Part shown: positions 9,069-18,142 of the stretch, one piece after another
Layout of the letters: each line of letters begins with the position of its first letter
Numbering within the stretch: the first letter of the stretch is position 1
Assembly: GCA_027251445.1 (NCBI GenBank)
Contig: JAPNQO010000107.1
Location: forward strand, 1-19,120
Origin: Fidelibacterota bacterium
GTDB lineage: Bacteria; Fidelibacterota; Marinisomatia; Marinisomatales; TCS55
DNA length: 19,120 bases
Direction: 5' to 3'
Position numbers and translations under genes: made by a program
Notes under the pieces: generated by a model
Seen by the model: only the letters and a program-made list of their open reading frames with translations
Databases searched by the model: none
What the model was told of the DNA's origin: nothing

Positions 9069-9147
9069 AGTTTTCCTTTCAAAAGTTTTAAATGATAGAA
9101 AATTTCAATGCTAAAATTATATTAATTCTCTAATATAACTAAAATAG

Positions 9148-9690
9148 TTATTGACTATTTTTTATTGAAAACCAAGGATGGTTTCCAAATTGATTATGTG
9201 AAACTGATTTTCCAGTTTGAAGATAGTATTCAAACCCTCCGGTAACTGATAAAAGGTAATTCTTTAGTAAAGGTCGAACATAAAGCATATGAGGTATCCA
9301 GCGAAGGACTTTTGGTATAAAGTCTAATTTGTACATATAGACACTAATGGATAAAGAACAACTATGATTATCAATAGGTTTTATTCTCCATGAAACAAAG
9401 CTGCTTTTACCTTCTTTTCTTCCTATAAATAAATCATATCCCACCTTATCTATCCAACGCACAAATTTTCTTTCAAATACCCATCCACTCAGATAATGTA
9501 TTTCATCTCTTGCATTATCTCCAGGCCAGTTAATAATTGGATTTTCTTTACAAAAAGGATGGCATTTTTCAAGATTGCTTGGTTCTGATATAATACCCCA
9601 CACTGCATCTGCTGGAACATTTATTATTTTTGTAATATTTATTGGATTTTTTGATTGATTGCTAGTCAAATATTTTGAAATATCATTCAT
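9148..9690 (-). CDS. SRPBCC (START-like / polyketide cyclase) family protein
   Basis: INVPADAVWGIISEPSNLEKCHPFC N-terminal signature, then a beta-rich core and a C-terminal helix. Confidence 0.78.
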   Translation of the reverse strand: MNDISKYLTSNQSKNPINITKIINVPADAVWGIISEPSNLEKCHPFCKENPIINWPGDNARDEIHYLSGWVFERKFVRWIDKVGYDLFIGRKEGKSSFVSWRIKPIDNHSCSLSISVYMYKLDFIPKVLRWIPHMLYVRPLLKNYLLSVTGGFEYYLQTGKSVSHNQFGNHPWFSIKNSQ

Positions 9691-9706
9691 ACTAATAAAT
9701 AAAAGA

Positions 9707-10795
9707 TTATTTATCGATTAATTCTAATTTCTTAAAATAACTTATTAAATAGTCTGCATACCTTAAAAACCCTAAATCGGTAAAATGCACCCCATCTACA
9801 GTCCCTTCATGATCATTTCCAATTGCACCTTTACTTTCAAGATAAAACAGATTCTGGATACCATTATGAGCCATAATATTCAATTGATGTTTTAGTTCCT
9901 TATCCTCTGAGATCAATTCATTATAAATCGATTCATTAAGGTAGCCTCCTTCAAACATTATATTTTCAACAAACAAAATCGGAGTTTTAGGATGTTTATC
10001 TCTAATAATATTCACTAGAGGAATGGTGTTTTCCTTAATCTGATCTTTTGAAACATTAGCCATGCACTCAATTACATAAAAACGTGCATCAATATCTGCA
10101 ATTAATGTTGCAATTTCAGCTTCCATCCTTCCATTTCCACTAAATCCATAATTAATACATTCTATTCCAAGTTTTCTTGATATGATATTTGTATGAGCCA
10201 TCCCTGGTCTAGTAGCGCACCCGCCTTGCGTGATGCTTGTGCCATAAAAAACAATAGGCTTTTTGGTAGATTTTAAAGACTTTTCTATTACACTGAGTGA
10301 ATCAATTCCAATTTCAAGTTCTTCTATACCATCATATAATGGTAAATACAGGTTGTATTCCCTCATTTCAGGTTTCATGTTTTCTATAATTAACTGATTA
10401 TTCTCTATCTTTTCATATGGCCTACCACTACCTACATACTGCCAAAATCCTGAATTGTTAAAATATAGATCCACTCCCTTGATACCAGTTTCTGTCATAT
10501 GATTCATGGTTGCATCATTTAGCACTTTCCATTTTACCCTAATTAATGATGAGTTTGTATTAAATCGTATAGATAAACCAGCTGAATTCTTTGATAAATC
10601 CCAAACGGGTTCTCGAACTATAGATTTATACGAAACAGGTAAGCGATCATAAGGGTTTTCTTTAAGAGAATCAGCAATTGCTGTACCCTCAATCAGAAAT
10701 GATTCTCTTCCATAATATTCTATTGGTACATGTTGAGCAATAAGAGATGTGTAGCCAAGATAAGAATAAAAAATAATCTTTATAAATAGAGACAA
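9707..10795 (-). CDS. SGNH/GDSL hydrolase with N-terminal GxDLY domain, exported
   Basis: TTG start; signal ending SLIA|Q; GVDLY; block I FYGTSITQG; GFSGNG; ECMAN; DGVHF catalytic D/H. Confidence 0.9.
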   Translation of the reverse strand: MSLFIKIIFYSYLGYTSLIAQHVPIEYYGRESFLIEGTAIADSLKENPYDRLPVSYKSIVREPVWDLSKNSAGLSIRFNTNSSLIRVKWKVLNDATMNHMTETGIKGVDLYFNNSGFWQYVGSGRPYEKIENNQLIIENMKPEMREYNLYLPLYDGIEELEIGIDSLSVIEKSLKSTKKPIVFYGTSITQGGCATRPGMAHTNIISRKLGIECINYGFSGNGRMEAEIATLIADIDARFYVIECMANVSKDQIKENTIPLVNIIRDKHPKTPILFVENIMFEGGYLNESIYNELISEDKELKHQLNIMAHNGIQNLFYLESKGAIGNDHEGTVDGVHFTDLGFLRYADYLISYFKKLELIDK

Positions 10796-10820
10796 TTAAT
10801 TAATCTATTTGATTTGGAAC

Positions 10821-11984
10821 TTATCGAGAACAGTTTACAATCATACAGCCGTCATCATCAGATATAGTGATTGTAGCCTCTGTAGGTGAAAGCTGAAGCG
10901 TTCCACAATATGAATATTCTCCCGTTGAATCCATCTCACAATATTCATTTAAATTCAATCGATAATTCCAATAGTTTGTTGTAGAAATGACACAACTGTT
11001 TTCTGAGTATTCTCCACCAGTAGCAGTGCATAACTGTGAAAATGAATTCTCATCCATTGGAGATTGATTTGGACTGTCTATAGCCCAGGCTGCACCAGTA
11101 ATTGCACCATTATTTGCATTACTGCTTTGATCTACTAATTGCACACCTGACCCAGAGCCAAAATCCCAATAAGCTGCAACATTGCTATTTATTTCAAACC
11201 CATTAGCAATAATATTTCTCACCTCATCCCCAGTTAATGCAATATCTAAAATTCCGATTTCATCAATATGGCCATTAAAGGCTCCGCCTTCAGGATCATC
11301 TGCACTTCCAGTTAAATTACCAATCCATAACGGAACTTCATCACTGCTAACGGGGTTAATGTTATAATCAAAAGTAGCATCAACACCATTTACATAAATA
11401 GTTGCCACTGTATCCTGAAATACTACCGCAACATGCATCCAGTCATCAGTTGGCACCAATTCTCCTCTTGCAAAATTATCATCACCTGCTAGAAATGTTA
11501 TAATATTTTGAGATGGATTCACTTCTAATTCATATCCTGTAGGAGCATTCCAAATTGATTTTTTTGATATAATTCTATTATAAGTAACTTCTGAAGCATC
11601 AGCTATTTTTATATAAGCCATCAAGGTTCCTTCATTTCCATTTCTATCACTAATATTTAATGATTCATTATGTGGAACTTCCACATAATCATCACCATCA
11701 AAAAATAAGGATCCATCTCCGACGATACAATTCGTACCATCGTATGAACCGCCAACTTCTTGACAATATTCTTGAAAAGAATACTCACTTACCAATTCCT
11801 CATAGCCAGATGATTCATTAAAGGTAATTGTTCCTGATAACTCTTCATAGTCACCGGTACAATCCGGGTTACTGTAATATTTTAATGATGTAATATTCCA
11901 TGTACCAAGTAATGAAACTTCATCATTAGTAGTCTCATCACAACTAATCATAATTAATAATGGAATTAAAAATAGTTTTTTCAT
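10821..11984 (-). CDS. Lipoprotein with LamG / concanavalin A-like domain inserted in a Cys-rich lipocalin-like scaffold
   Basis: Lipobox MIS-C; LLGTWN lipocalin-like start; SLFFDGDDYV, WMHVAVV, IYVNG, FNGHIDEI, AYWDF, NNGAITGAAW LamG motifs. Confidence 0.85.
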   Translation of the reverse strand: MKKLFLIPLLIMISCDETTNDEVSLLGTWNITSLKYYSNPDCTGDYEELSGTITFNESSGYEELVSEYSFQEYCQEVGGSYDGTNCIVGDGSLFFDGDDYVEVPHNESLNISDRNGNEGTLMAYIKIADASEVTYNRIISKKSIWNAPTGYELEVNPSQNIITFLAGDDNFARGELVPTDDWMHVAVVFQDTVATIYVNGVDATFDYNINPVSSDEVPLWIGNLTGSADDPEGGAFNGHIDEIGILDIALTGDEVRNIIANGFEINSNVAAYWDFGSGSGVQLVDQSSNANNGAITGAAWAIDSPNQSPMDENSFSQLCTATGGEYSENSCVISTTNYWNYRLNLNEYCEMDSTGEYSYCGTLQLSPTEATITISDDDGCMIVNCSR

Positions 11985-11989
11985 TATAT

Positions 11990-11995
11990 CTCCTT
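11990..11995 (-). promoter_or_regulatory. Shine-Dalgarno site (AAGGAG) for the LamG lipoprotein
   Basis: Plus-strand ctcctt, 5 nt from the ATG at 11984. Confidence 0.7.
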
Positions 11996-12044
11996 AAAAA
12001 GAATTTTACAAATTGAAATTTATACTACAAGTAATAAACATATA

Positions 12045-12797
12045 TTAGTTATTTAAAGATAAGATATCATTTCTGATAGCATCAACCCACACACTGTAAC
12101 CCATATCATTTAAATGAACACCGTCTGTTGTAAACTTTTCATTCATTAATCCCCTTTCATCAATAAATAAGGAGTGTAAATCAACTATTGAATGATTTAT
12201 ATCTTCTTTAATTAGCTGGTTTATCTGATTAATTTGACCGTTGAGGGACAGTTTATATACTGGTAATGTACGATCATGAAAATTCATAAATTTTACAGTA
12301 TCAACAGGAAGAATCGTCTGAATAAATATTTTTGATTGCTTACTCTTGCTCTTAATCTTCCTTGCAATAAGTTTTATATTATTTGCTACATACTTTGGAG
12401 TTATATCTTTTCTATTAGCATGATCATCAAAAATATCATTTATTCCAATTAATATAAAAACTGCTAGAGGTTTGTAATAAATAATTTCATCTAACCTAGC
12501 CAAAACTCCTTCTGTAAAATCTCCCGAAATACCTCTATTTACAATATTATCAACTCCAAATTTTTCATTCCAATTATTTCCTGCCTCTATAATACTGTTG
12601 CCTAAAAATACGATTTTATTATGCCCTATCGGTTCATTACGAAAATCATTAACCCGGTTATTAAAAGGCGTTTTCTGCCAATCTTGTTGATATTTTATAT
12701 CAAGCTTGTCAGATGGATATATTTTGGATTTAAAAGAAGTAGGTTTATCACAGAATAGGTTAATCAATACAACTATTGATAAAAGTAATAATTTCAT
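12045..12797 (-). CDS. GDSL/SGNH esterase (sialate O-acetylesterase/PAF-acetylhydrolase-like subfamily), exported or lipoprotein
   Basis: FLGNSI, NRGISGD, LIGIND, DGVHL blocks; hydrophobic N-terminus with Cys16. Confidence 0.88.
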   Translation of the reverse strand: MKLLLLSIVVLINLFCDKPTSFKSKIYPSDKLDIKYQQDWQKTPFNNRVNDFRNEPIGHNKIVFLGNSIIEAGNNWNEKFGVDNIVNRGISGDFTEGVLARLDEIIYYKPLAVFILIGINDIFDDHANRKDITPKYVANNIKLIARKIKSKSKQSKIFIQTILPVDTVKFMNFHDRTLPVYKLSLNGQINQINQLIKEDINHSIVDLHSLFIDERGLMNEKFTTDGVHLNDMGYSVWVDAIRNDILSLNN

Positions 12798-12826
12798 CTT
12801 TAAGAAGATTAATTAATCAAACTGAT

Positions 12827-15778
12827 TTAAAAAGAATAACGTAATCCCAAGTCAACTGTTCTGCCATAATGCTGTTTCATACTTAAAGATTTATCTCTAA
12901 ATATATTTCTATCAACAGCCTCCGTAATATTACTTACGTTTAAAAATACTTCTAATCCATCAACAGGAAGATCCATTTTCATCGAAAGGTCCCATCTTCT
13001 ATAATCATCCGTTGATTGACGTAATTCTCGCCAGAAATCTGTCCGCATAAAAACATTTGATTTATACAACATAGAAAGCCTACCGGAGAATCCTTTATAA
13101 TCATACCCAAGAGAGACATTGATTATTTCATCAGGCTGATCGATCAATCTATCTACATAAAATGTATCAATATTAGTAGTAGTAGTTGTAAGAGGTGGAC
13201 CCCAATCAATATCAAATTCTATAATAGTTCTTGGATACCGTACTTCTGAATCCGTAATGGTATAATTTGCATTTAATACAAATCCACTTAAGGCACGAGG
13301 CAAATACCAGAACCTTGTTTGAAAATCAAATTCAAAACCGGATAATTTCACCGCATATGGATTATTTGATGTATAATTTTGGATATAATATTTATGTGTT
13401 CCTTCTGGCAGTCCATGCTCACTAGGATCAGATATATACCTCCTACCACTAGAATAAATTAAATTCTTAATATTCTTTTCAAAATAACCAACACTAAACA
13501 AACCAAGATGATTTTGAAGAAATGTTACAGATAAATCCATATTTTCTGATTTTCCAGGCTCCAGAAAAGGATTCCTATAGTCTACGTTTGCACCGGGACC
13601 ATCTATTTCATACAAAGGAATAATATCTGTATAATTAGGCCTGGTAAGCGTGTTTGTCTGAGCAAATCGAATATTTAACCAAGAAAATGGTTTGAATCTC
13701 AAAAATAGCGCAGGTAGCCAAAATTCATTTTCTCTTTCATGTGAATAACGTTCTCCAGTATATACCCAGTGAGGTAAGGCAGATTTTTGTGATCTCCACG
13801 AACCATACAATGTTTCATTACTCTCAGAGCGTCCACCAGCAATAATGTTAAATTTCGAACCAATATCCATATCCAACATAGCATAATGCGCATTATAATT
13901 TTCTTCACCAGTATAGTCATACATAATAGTGTTCGTTTCATGTAATCTATGCATAATATATTCATCTATTGTAGATGCACCTGGAGAATATCTACCAAAG
14001 TTTTTCTTAAAGAATCTAAAAACCTCTAACATAAAATCAAGATCAGCTACTGGTCCCATGGTATATTCACCATTCATAAAATTACCTGGATCATAATCAT
14101 GGTTCATAAATCCTGTAATAGGTATTCTTCTTGGATCCAATCCTTGATTCTCAAATAATTGAGGAAAATGAAGTACTAATGAATCTCGCGGATCACGAAG
14201 TCCTGCCGCTGCTGCAACCGGAGCATATTCATTATTTCTATCAAATTCTCTTTCTTTGGTACGAACTTTATTGCCAAACTTTAATTTACCAGATATTTGT
14301 TTACCTAAACGAAAATCTAACGCAATGTTCACACCATAGGTTTCCTCTACTTCATCACTAAAAAATTTATTATACTGATAACTATCCAAACCAGTATTCA
14401 AGGTATCAAATTTAGCAATCTGTTCCACTCTTTCCATTTTTATACCAAAAGTGGATTCTGTATAGGCGTCAGGCTCAAGGAAATTAAATGAATATGCGTA
14501 TGAAGTATTTGTTGATTTAGAAAAAGAACTAAATGCATCAATATGCAAGTTTGAAAATAATGTTTGCTTATAGCGCAATGTTCTTGTTGTTACTTCAATC
14601 TTACTATCTGTTTTACCTGAGGAAGATCTTCTAGCGTTACTTGAAAACGCATAGTTTGTAGAATAATTGATAATATCTTTATCAATAGAGCTGTTTAAAC
14701 TGCTATAGCTAATATTACCATTAGGAATATTCACATCAATCATAACAGTATTATTATTACGTTTATTTTTTCGAAGAACATCATATAAGCCCAAACCAGT
14801 AAAGAAAAGCTCATTTACTGAGTCCAATTCTGCTCCCGGAAGTGTGTATGATGCGTTAAGCTCATGGGAGCTACGATTCCTATTTTCACGATCTATTTGT
14901 GCAAGAATACCAATACGATCTTTCCAGAATCGATTGCTGACGTCAAAAACGAATTTATTATCATTATAAGTTTCTTCAAGCCCATTATACATGCCTTGCG
15001 TAATAACATTTGCATGAAGACCAGGTTTCGCTTTTTTAAGAATAAAATTTACCGTACCACCTAACACATCCGCATCAAGATCTGGAGTTCCTGCTTTTGT
15101 TACTTCGATTCCATCCAGCATATATTGTGAAATCATACTAAGATCCGTACTTCTATCATCTGGATCTGTAGATGCTAAACGTGTTCCATCTACAGTTATA
15201 GAATTATATTTTGGTGATAATCCTCTGATGACAACTTTATTTCCTTCGCCACCTTCTCTTTTTATCGAAACACCGGGAACTCGAGCTACTGATTCAGCAG
15301 CATTTGCATCTGGTAATTCTTGTATTCTATCTGCAGATACGATATTGACAATTGAACTAGAATTCAACTGCTTATTGATGGCATCCATCTGTCCTCTTGC
15401 TTGGGCTGTAACGGTTACCTCTTCACCTTCAATAGTAGTATAATTCAGCATAAAATCTAGATTTACCTCTGAATCAACAGTAATAACAACACTATCTTCC
15501 ATCATTACATAGCCAATGTATTCTGCTCTTACAAGGTACATACCTTCATTTAGGTCAGATAATTTATAGAATCCTTCTTCATTGGCTGCAGTTCCTAAGC
15601 TTGTTCCAACGATAAAAACATTTGCACCTACAAGCGGATCCCCATTTGAAGCATCTTTCACAAACCCCGTGAGATTACCTTTTTGGGAATAGCCAACGGA
15701 ACTAATTAATAATACTGTAACAAGAAATAAAACTGATGATCTCATTGATTTGCTTCCTGAATTATAATTGTTTGTCAT
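12827..15778 (-). CDS. TonB-dependent receptor with N-terminal carboxypeptidase-regulatory-like domain
   Basis: GFVKDASNGDPLVGANV N-domain, EEVTVTA TonB box, plug (LPDANAAESVARVPGVS, IRGL, IEVTK, GGTVN), NPFLEP, terminal LGLRYSF. An alternative start at 15745 (MRSSVLF) is possible. Confidence 0.93.
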   Translation of the reverse strand: MTNNYNSGSKSMRSSVLFLVTVLLISSVGYSQKGNLTGFVKDASNGDPLVGANVFIVGTSLGTAANEEGFYKLSDLNEGMYLVRAEYIGYVMMEDSVVITVDSEVNLDFMLNYTTIEGEEVTVTAQARGQMDAINKQLNSSSIVNIVSADRIQELPDANAAESVARVPGVSIKREGGEGNKVVIRGLSPKYNSITVDGTRLASTDPDDRSTDLSMISQYMLDGIEVTKAGTPDLDADVLGGTVNFILKKAKPGLHANVITQGMYNGLEETYNDNKFVFDVSNRFWKDRIGILAQIDRENRNRSSHELNASYTLPGAELDSVNELFFTGLGLYDVLRKNKRNNNTVMIDVNIPNGNISYSSLNSSIDKDIINYSTNYAFSSNARRSSSGKTDSKIEVTTRTLRYKQTLFSNLHIDAFSSFSKSTNTSYAYSFNFLEPDAYTESTFGIKMERVEQIAKFDTLNTGLDSYQYNKFFSDEVEETYGVNIALDFRLGKQISGKLKFGNKVRTKEREFDRNNEYAPVAAAAGLRDPRDSLVLHFPQLFENQGLDPRRIPITGFMNHDYDPGNFMNGEYTMGPVADLDFMLEVFRFFKKNFGRYSPGASTIDEYIMHRLHETNTIMYDYTGEENYNAHYAMLDMDIGSKFNIIAGGRSESNETLYGSWRSQKSALPHWVYTGERYSHERENEFWLPALFLRFKPFSWLNIRFAQTNTLTRPNYTDIIPLYEIDGPGANVDYRNPFLEPGKSENMDLSVTFLQNHLGLFSVGYFEKNIKNLIYSSGRRYISDPSEHGLPEGTHKYYIQNYTSNNPYAVKLSGFEFDFQTRFWYLPRALSGFVLNANYTITDSEVRYPRTIIEFDIDWGPPLTTTTTNIDTFYVDRLIDQPDEIINVSLGYDYKGFSGRLSMLYKSNVFMRTDFWRELRQSTDDYRRWDLSMKMDLPVDGLEVFLNVSNITEAVDRNIFRDKSLSMKQHYGRTVDLGLRYSF

Positions 15779-15785
15779 TTATTGA

Positions 15786-16214
15786 TTAAGATTTTATCCC
15801 TAAATCATTTAACTCTAAACGCTTTTTTTCCACACTATCCATTGGATAGCAATCATTTTCCATGTACATAGCACGTTTGTAGGTTTGCAAACAATATGAC
15901 TGTATTTCTCTCCACCTCTTTAAGTGGACTTTCACCTTATTTACTGATTCTGTATCTTTATTATATTCATCAAAAGTATCATAAGCTGACCTAACGTCTA
16001 ATATTTCATCAAGAGTTTCTAAGGCTTCTTTATAACAATTACAAACCGAATTCAATTTTGAATTATCGGACTTTAATTTATTAGATTTTTTTGGAACCGA
16101 AACATTTTGAGGAATCTTTTTTAAATCTTTACTAGCATCGTCCTCTAATTCTTTCGAACAAGAACATATTAATAAGAAGCTTGTAAGAAAATATATAAGC
16201 TTAAGATTCTTCAT
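15786..16214 (-). CDS. Small hypothetical helical lipoprotein with CxC motif
   Basis: Lipoprotein signal ending ICS-C; Lys-rich linker; VCNCY, YCLQ and NDCYP cysteines; 7 nt upstream of the TBDR start. Confidence 0.75.
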   Translation of the reverse strand: MKNLKLIYFLTSFLLICSCSKELEDDASKDLKKIPQNVSVPKKSNKLKSDNSKLNSVCNCYKEALETLDEILDVRSAYDTFDEYNKDTESVNKVKVHLKRWREIQSYCLQTYKRAMYMENDCYPMDSVEKKRLELNDLGIKS

Positions 16215-16247
16215 TTTTTATATATGTTTTTATGTTATCCTATGTTT

Positions 16248-16281
16248 AAAAAAGGGGCAGTAAAAAATATTACTGCCCCTT
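16248..16281 (-). terminator. Rho-independent terminator after the beta-helix CTD gene
   Basis: 12-bp perfect stem (aaggggcagtaa 16252-16263 / ttactgcccctt 16270-16281), 6-nt loop, and a U-tract on the minus strand (A-run 16248-16253). It lies 27 nt past the stop at 16309. Confidence 0.88.
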
Positions 16282-16308
16282 CAATATAACTAAAAATGAA
16301 TTGAAGAA

Positions 16309-18084
16309 TTACTTCATCAACGCCATTTTCTTAGTGATAGATTTTGTACCATTAGTTAATGTATAAAGATATACACCAGTAGATACGTCTTGACCCATTT
16401 GATCACGTCCATCCCAACGAAGAGTATGCGTTCCAGCTTGTCTGGAAGCATTCTCTAATACTCGGACTTTTTGGCCAAGTAAGTTATAGATGGTTAGATT
16501 TATATCTGAAGTTTGTCCAATAGTGAACGAAATATCAGTTGTTGGGTTAAATGGATTTGGATAATTCTGTTTAAGAGTAAACTCTTTTGGTACATTAACA
16601 TCATTATCAATTCCAACAGTTGACTGCATCCAACGTGGATCGCCAACAGGTCCGCCAGTAGCACTTGCTGTAGCAGCGGCTGATGTTGGATCATAACTCA
16701 TATCGAGAGACATTGGCCACTCAATACTTATATGACTACCATCAGGTTCATACTGCCACCACTGTGTATCAAACGGCGGTGTATCACTTGTTAGATTATC
16801 TCTGAAATCCCATGTACGTGCAAGCTGTGTAATAATATATTGATCATCAAGATTAATACCAGGATCAGAGTTAATATTATTAGACTGCGATACGCCACGT
16901 CCTTGATCTAAAGTAACTAGAGTTGAATCATCATTCCATTTACTTTGATGCGCCAACGCAAGCATTGTATCATGTACAGTAGTAGTAGTTACAATTGTAT
17001 CAATTGTACCATCAGCTAATGTATCATATGACGTGCTTGAAGCTTCCCATGACCAAGGATCTGTCCCAGTCATAAAACCTGTAAGATGCTCATCATGCCA
17101 CCATACATTATGGTGATAATTAATATTACGGTTCATATGATCCGCAACGTCAGCACCTACCATAAGCGTACTATCAGGATGTGTATATTCTGGCATAACA
17201 CTCATCTGGCCTTGTCCGCCTGGATGCCATACACCCCAACCGCTAATATCATAAGTAGACTGACCATGAGATTTAGTATTATAAAACAGATTATTACTTA
17301 CTGTCATATTATTTTGACCACGATACCAGATTACACCCATTACGATATTTGCAAATGTATTATGATCAACTAAACCATGATCTACTTGACCATATACAAC
17401 AATACATTCACCAATAACATTGTGAATGGTACTGTGTTGTACTACTAACGTATCAATGGTACCCATCCAGGAACCACCGCCCCAAGATAGACCACCAAAA
17501 TACTGTCCACCAGGTCCATTTGTAAATGCTTTGATAACTGAATTATTTACATGGAAATCAGTTGAAGTTCCAAAGGTAGAGAATGTAAAAGTCACATAAT
17601 GAGATGCAACAACATTATCCATTACAATTTTTTGCAAATCACCTCTTGCAGTAACCACTGAACCAAGGTTAAAACCTTGATCAATAGATGCACCATTGAG
17701 AATCAAGTTTCTCATAGTAAAATTTGCACCATCGCCATATACTTGGAAATTACCATTTGGCCATCCAGTGAAACCGGACAATCCATCTGCTCCAGGCATC
17801 GGCTGTATAGTTGCTGGAAATTCACCATCAGCAGGTGTTTGACCAGTAATGTTTACATGGCTATTTACATTTAACTCTGTTCTTTGCAAATAAATTCTAT
17901 TTGCTTCGAGTAAATAGACATCATGTGCTTGTGTACCATCATTGGTTGTATCTGCTTGAATTGTTGATTCAAGAAGCCCTGGAGTTTCCGCCCAAGAAAT
18001 TAATAAAGTATCTTGTGCAACGATACTTGCAGGGATTAAAACACAAACAAAGATTGTTGTTATTTTTGATAACAATCTCACCAT
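16309..18084 (-). CDS. Secreted pectin-lyase-like beta-helix protein with GDPRW motif and C-terminal FlgD-Ig/T9SS type-A-like sorting domain
   Basis: Signal ending SIVA|Q; Asn-ladder repeats (VNNSVI, VQHSTIHN, VDHNTFAN, VSNNLFYN, YHHNVW); GGPVGDPRW; FTLKQNYPNPFNPTT...WDGRD...STGVYLY...KKMALMK. Confidence 0.82.
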   Translation of the reverse strand: MVRLLSKITTIFVCVLIPASIVAQDTLLISWAETPGLLESTIQADTTNDGTQAHDVYLLEANRIYLQRTELNVNSHVNITGQTPADGEFPATIQPMPGADGLSGFTGWPNGNFQVYGDGANFTMRNLILNGASIDQGFNLGSVVTARGDLQKIVMDNVVASHYVTFTFSTFGTSTDFHVNNSVIKAFTNGPGGQYFGGLSWGGGSWMGTIDTLVVQHSTIHNVIGECIVVYGQVDHGLVDHNTFANIVMGVIWYRGQNNMTVSNNLFYNTKSHGQSTYDISGWGVWHPGGQGQMSVMPEYTHPDSTLMVGADVADHMNRNINYHHNVWWHDEHLTGFMTGTDPWSWEASSTSYDTLADGTIDTIVTTTTVHDTMLALAHQSKWNDDSTLVTLDQGRGVSQSNNINSDPGINLDDQYIITQLARTWDFRDNLTSDTPPFDTQWWQYEPDGSHISIEWPMSLDMSYDPTSAAATASATGGPVGDPRWMQSTVGIDNDVNVPKEFTLKQNYPNPFNPTTDISFTIGQTSDINLTIYNLLGQKVRVLENASRQAGTHTLRWDGRDQMGQDVSTGVYLYTLTNGTKSITKKMALMK

Positions 18085-18090
18085 GCTTAT

Positions 18091-18097
18091 CCTCCTT
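18091..18097 (-). promoter_or_regulatory. Strong Shine-Dalgarno site (AAGGAGG)
   Basis: Plus-strand cctcctt, 6 nt from the ATG at 18084. Confidence 0.85.
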
Positions 18098-18142
18098 ATT
18101 TATTGTTTATTATTTATAAGTTTTATTAGTAAAACGAAAAGC

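Noticed and set aside
13234..13246. Short (TAG)n/(AGT)n runs here and at about 16978-16989 as phase-variable repeats
   Set aside because: Only about four in-frame units encoding Thr runs; slippage would not shift the frame.
271..18119. Short ORFs (61-95 aa) in the track that overlap the main CDSs
   Set aside because: All lie antisense or out of frame within better-supported genes and show no recognisable motifs; treated as shadow ORFs.
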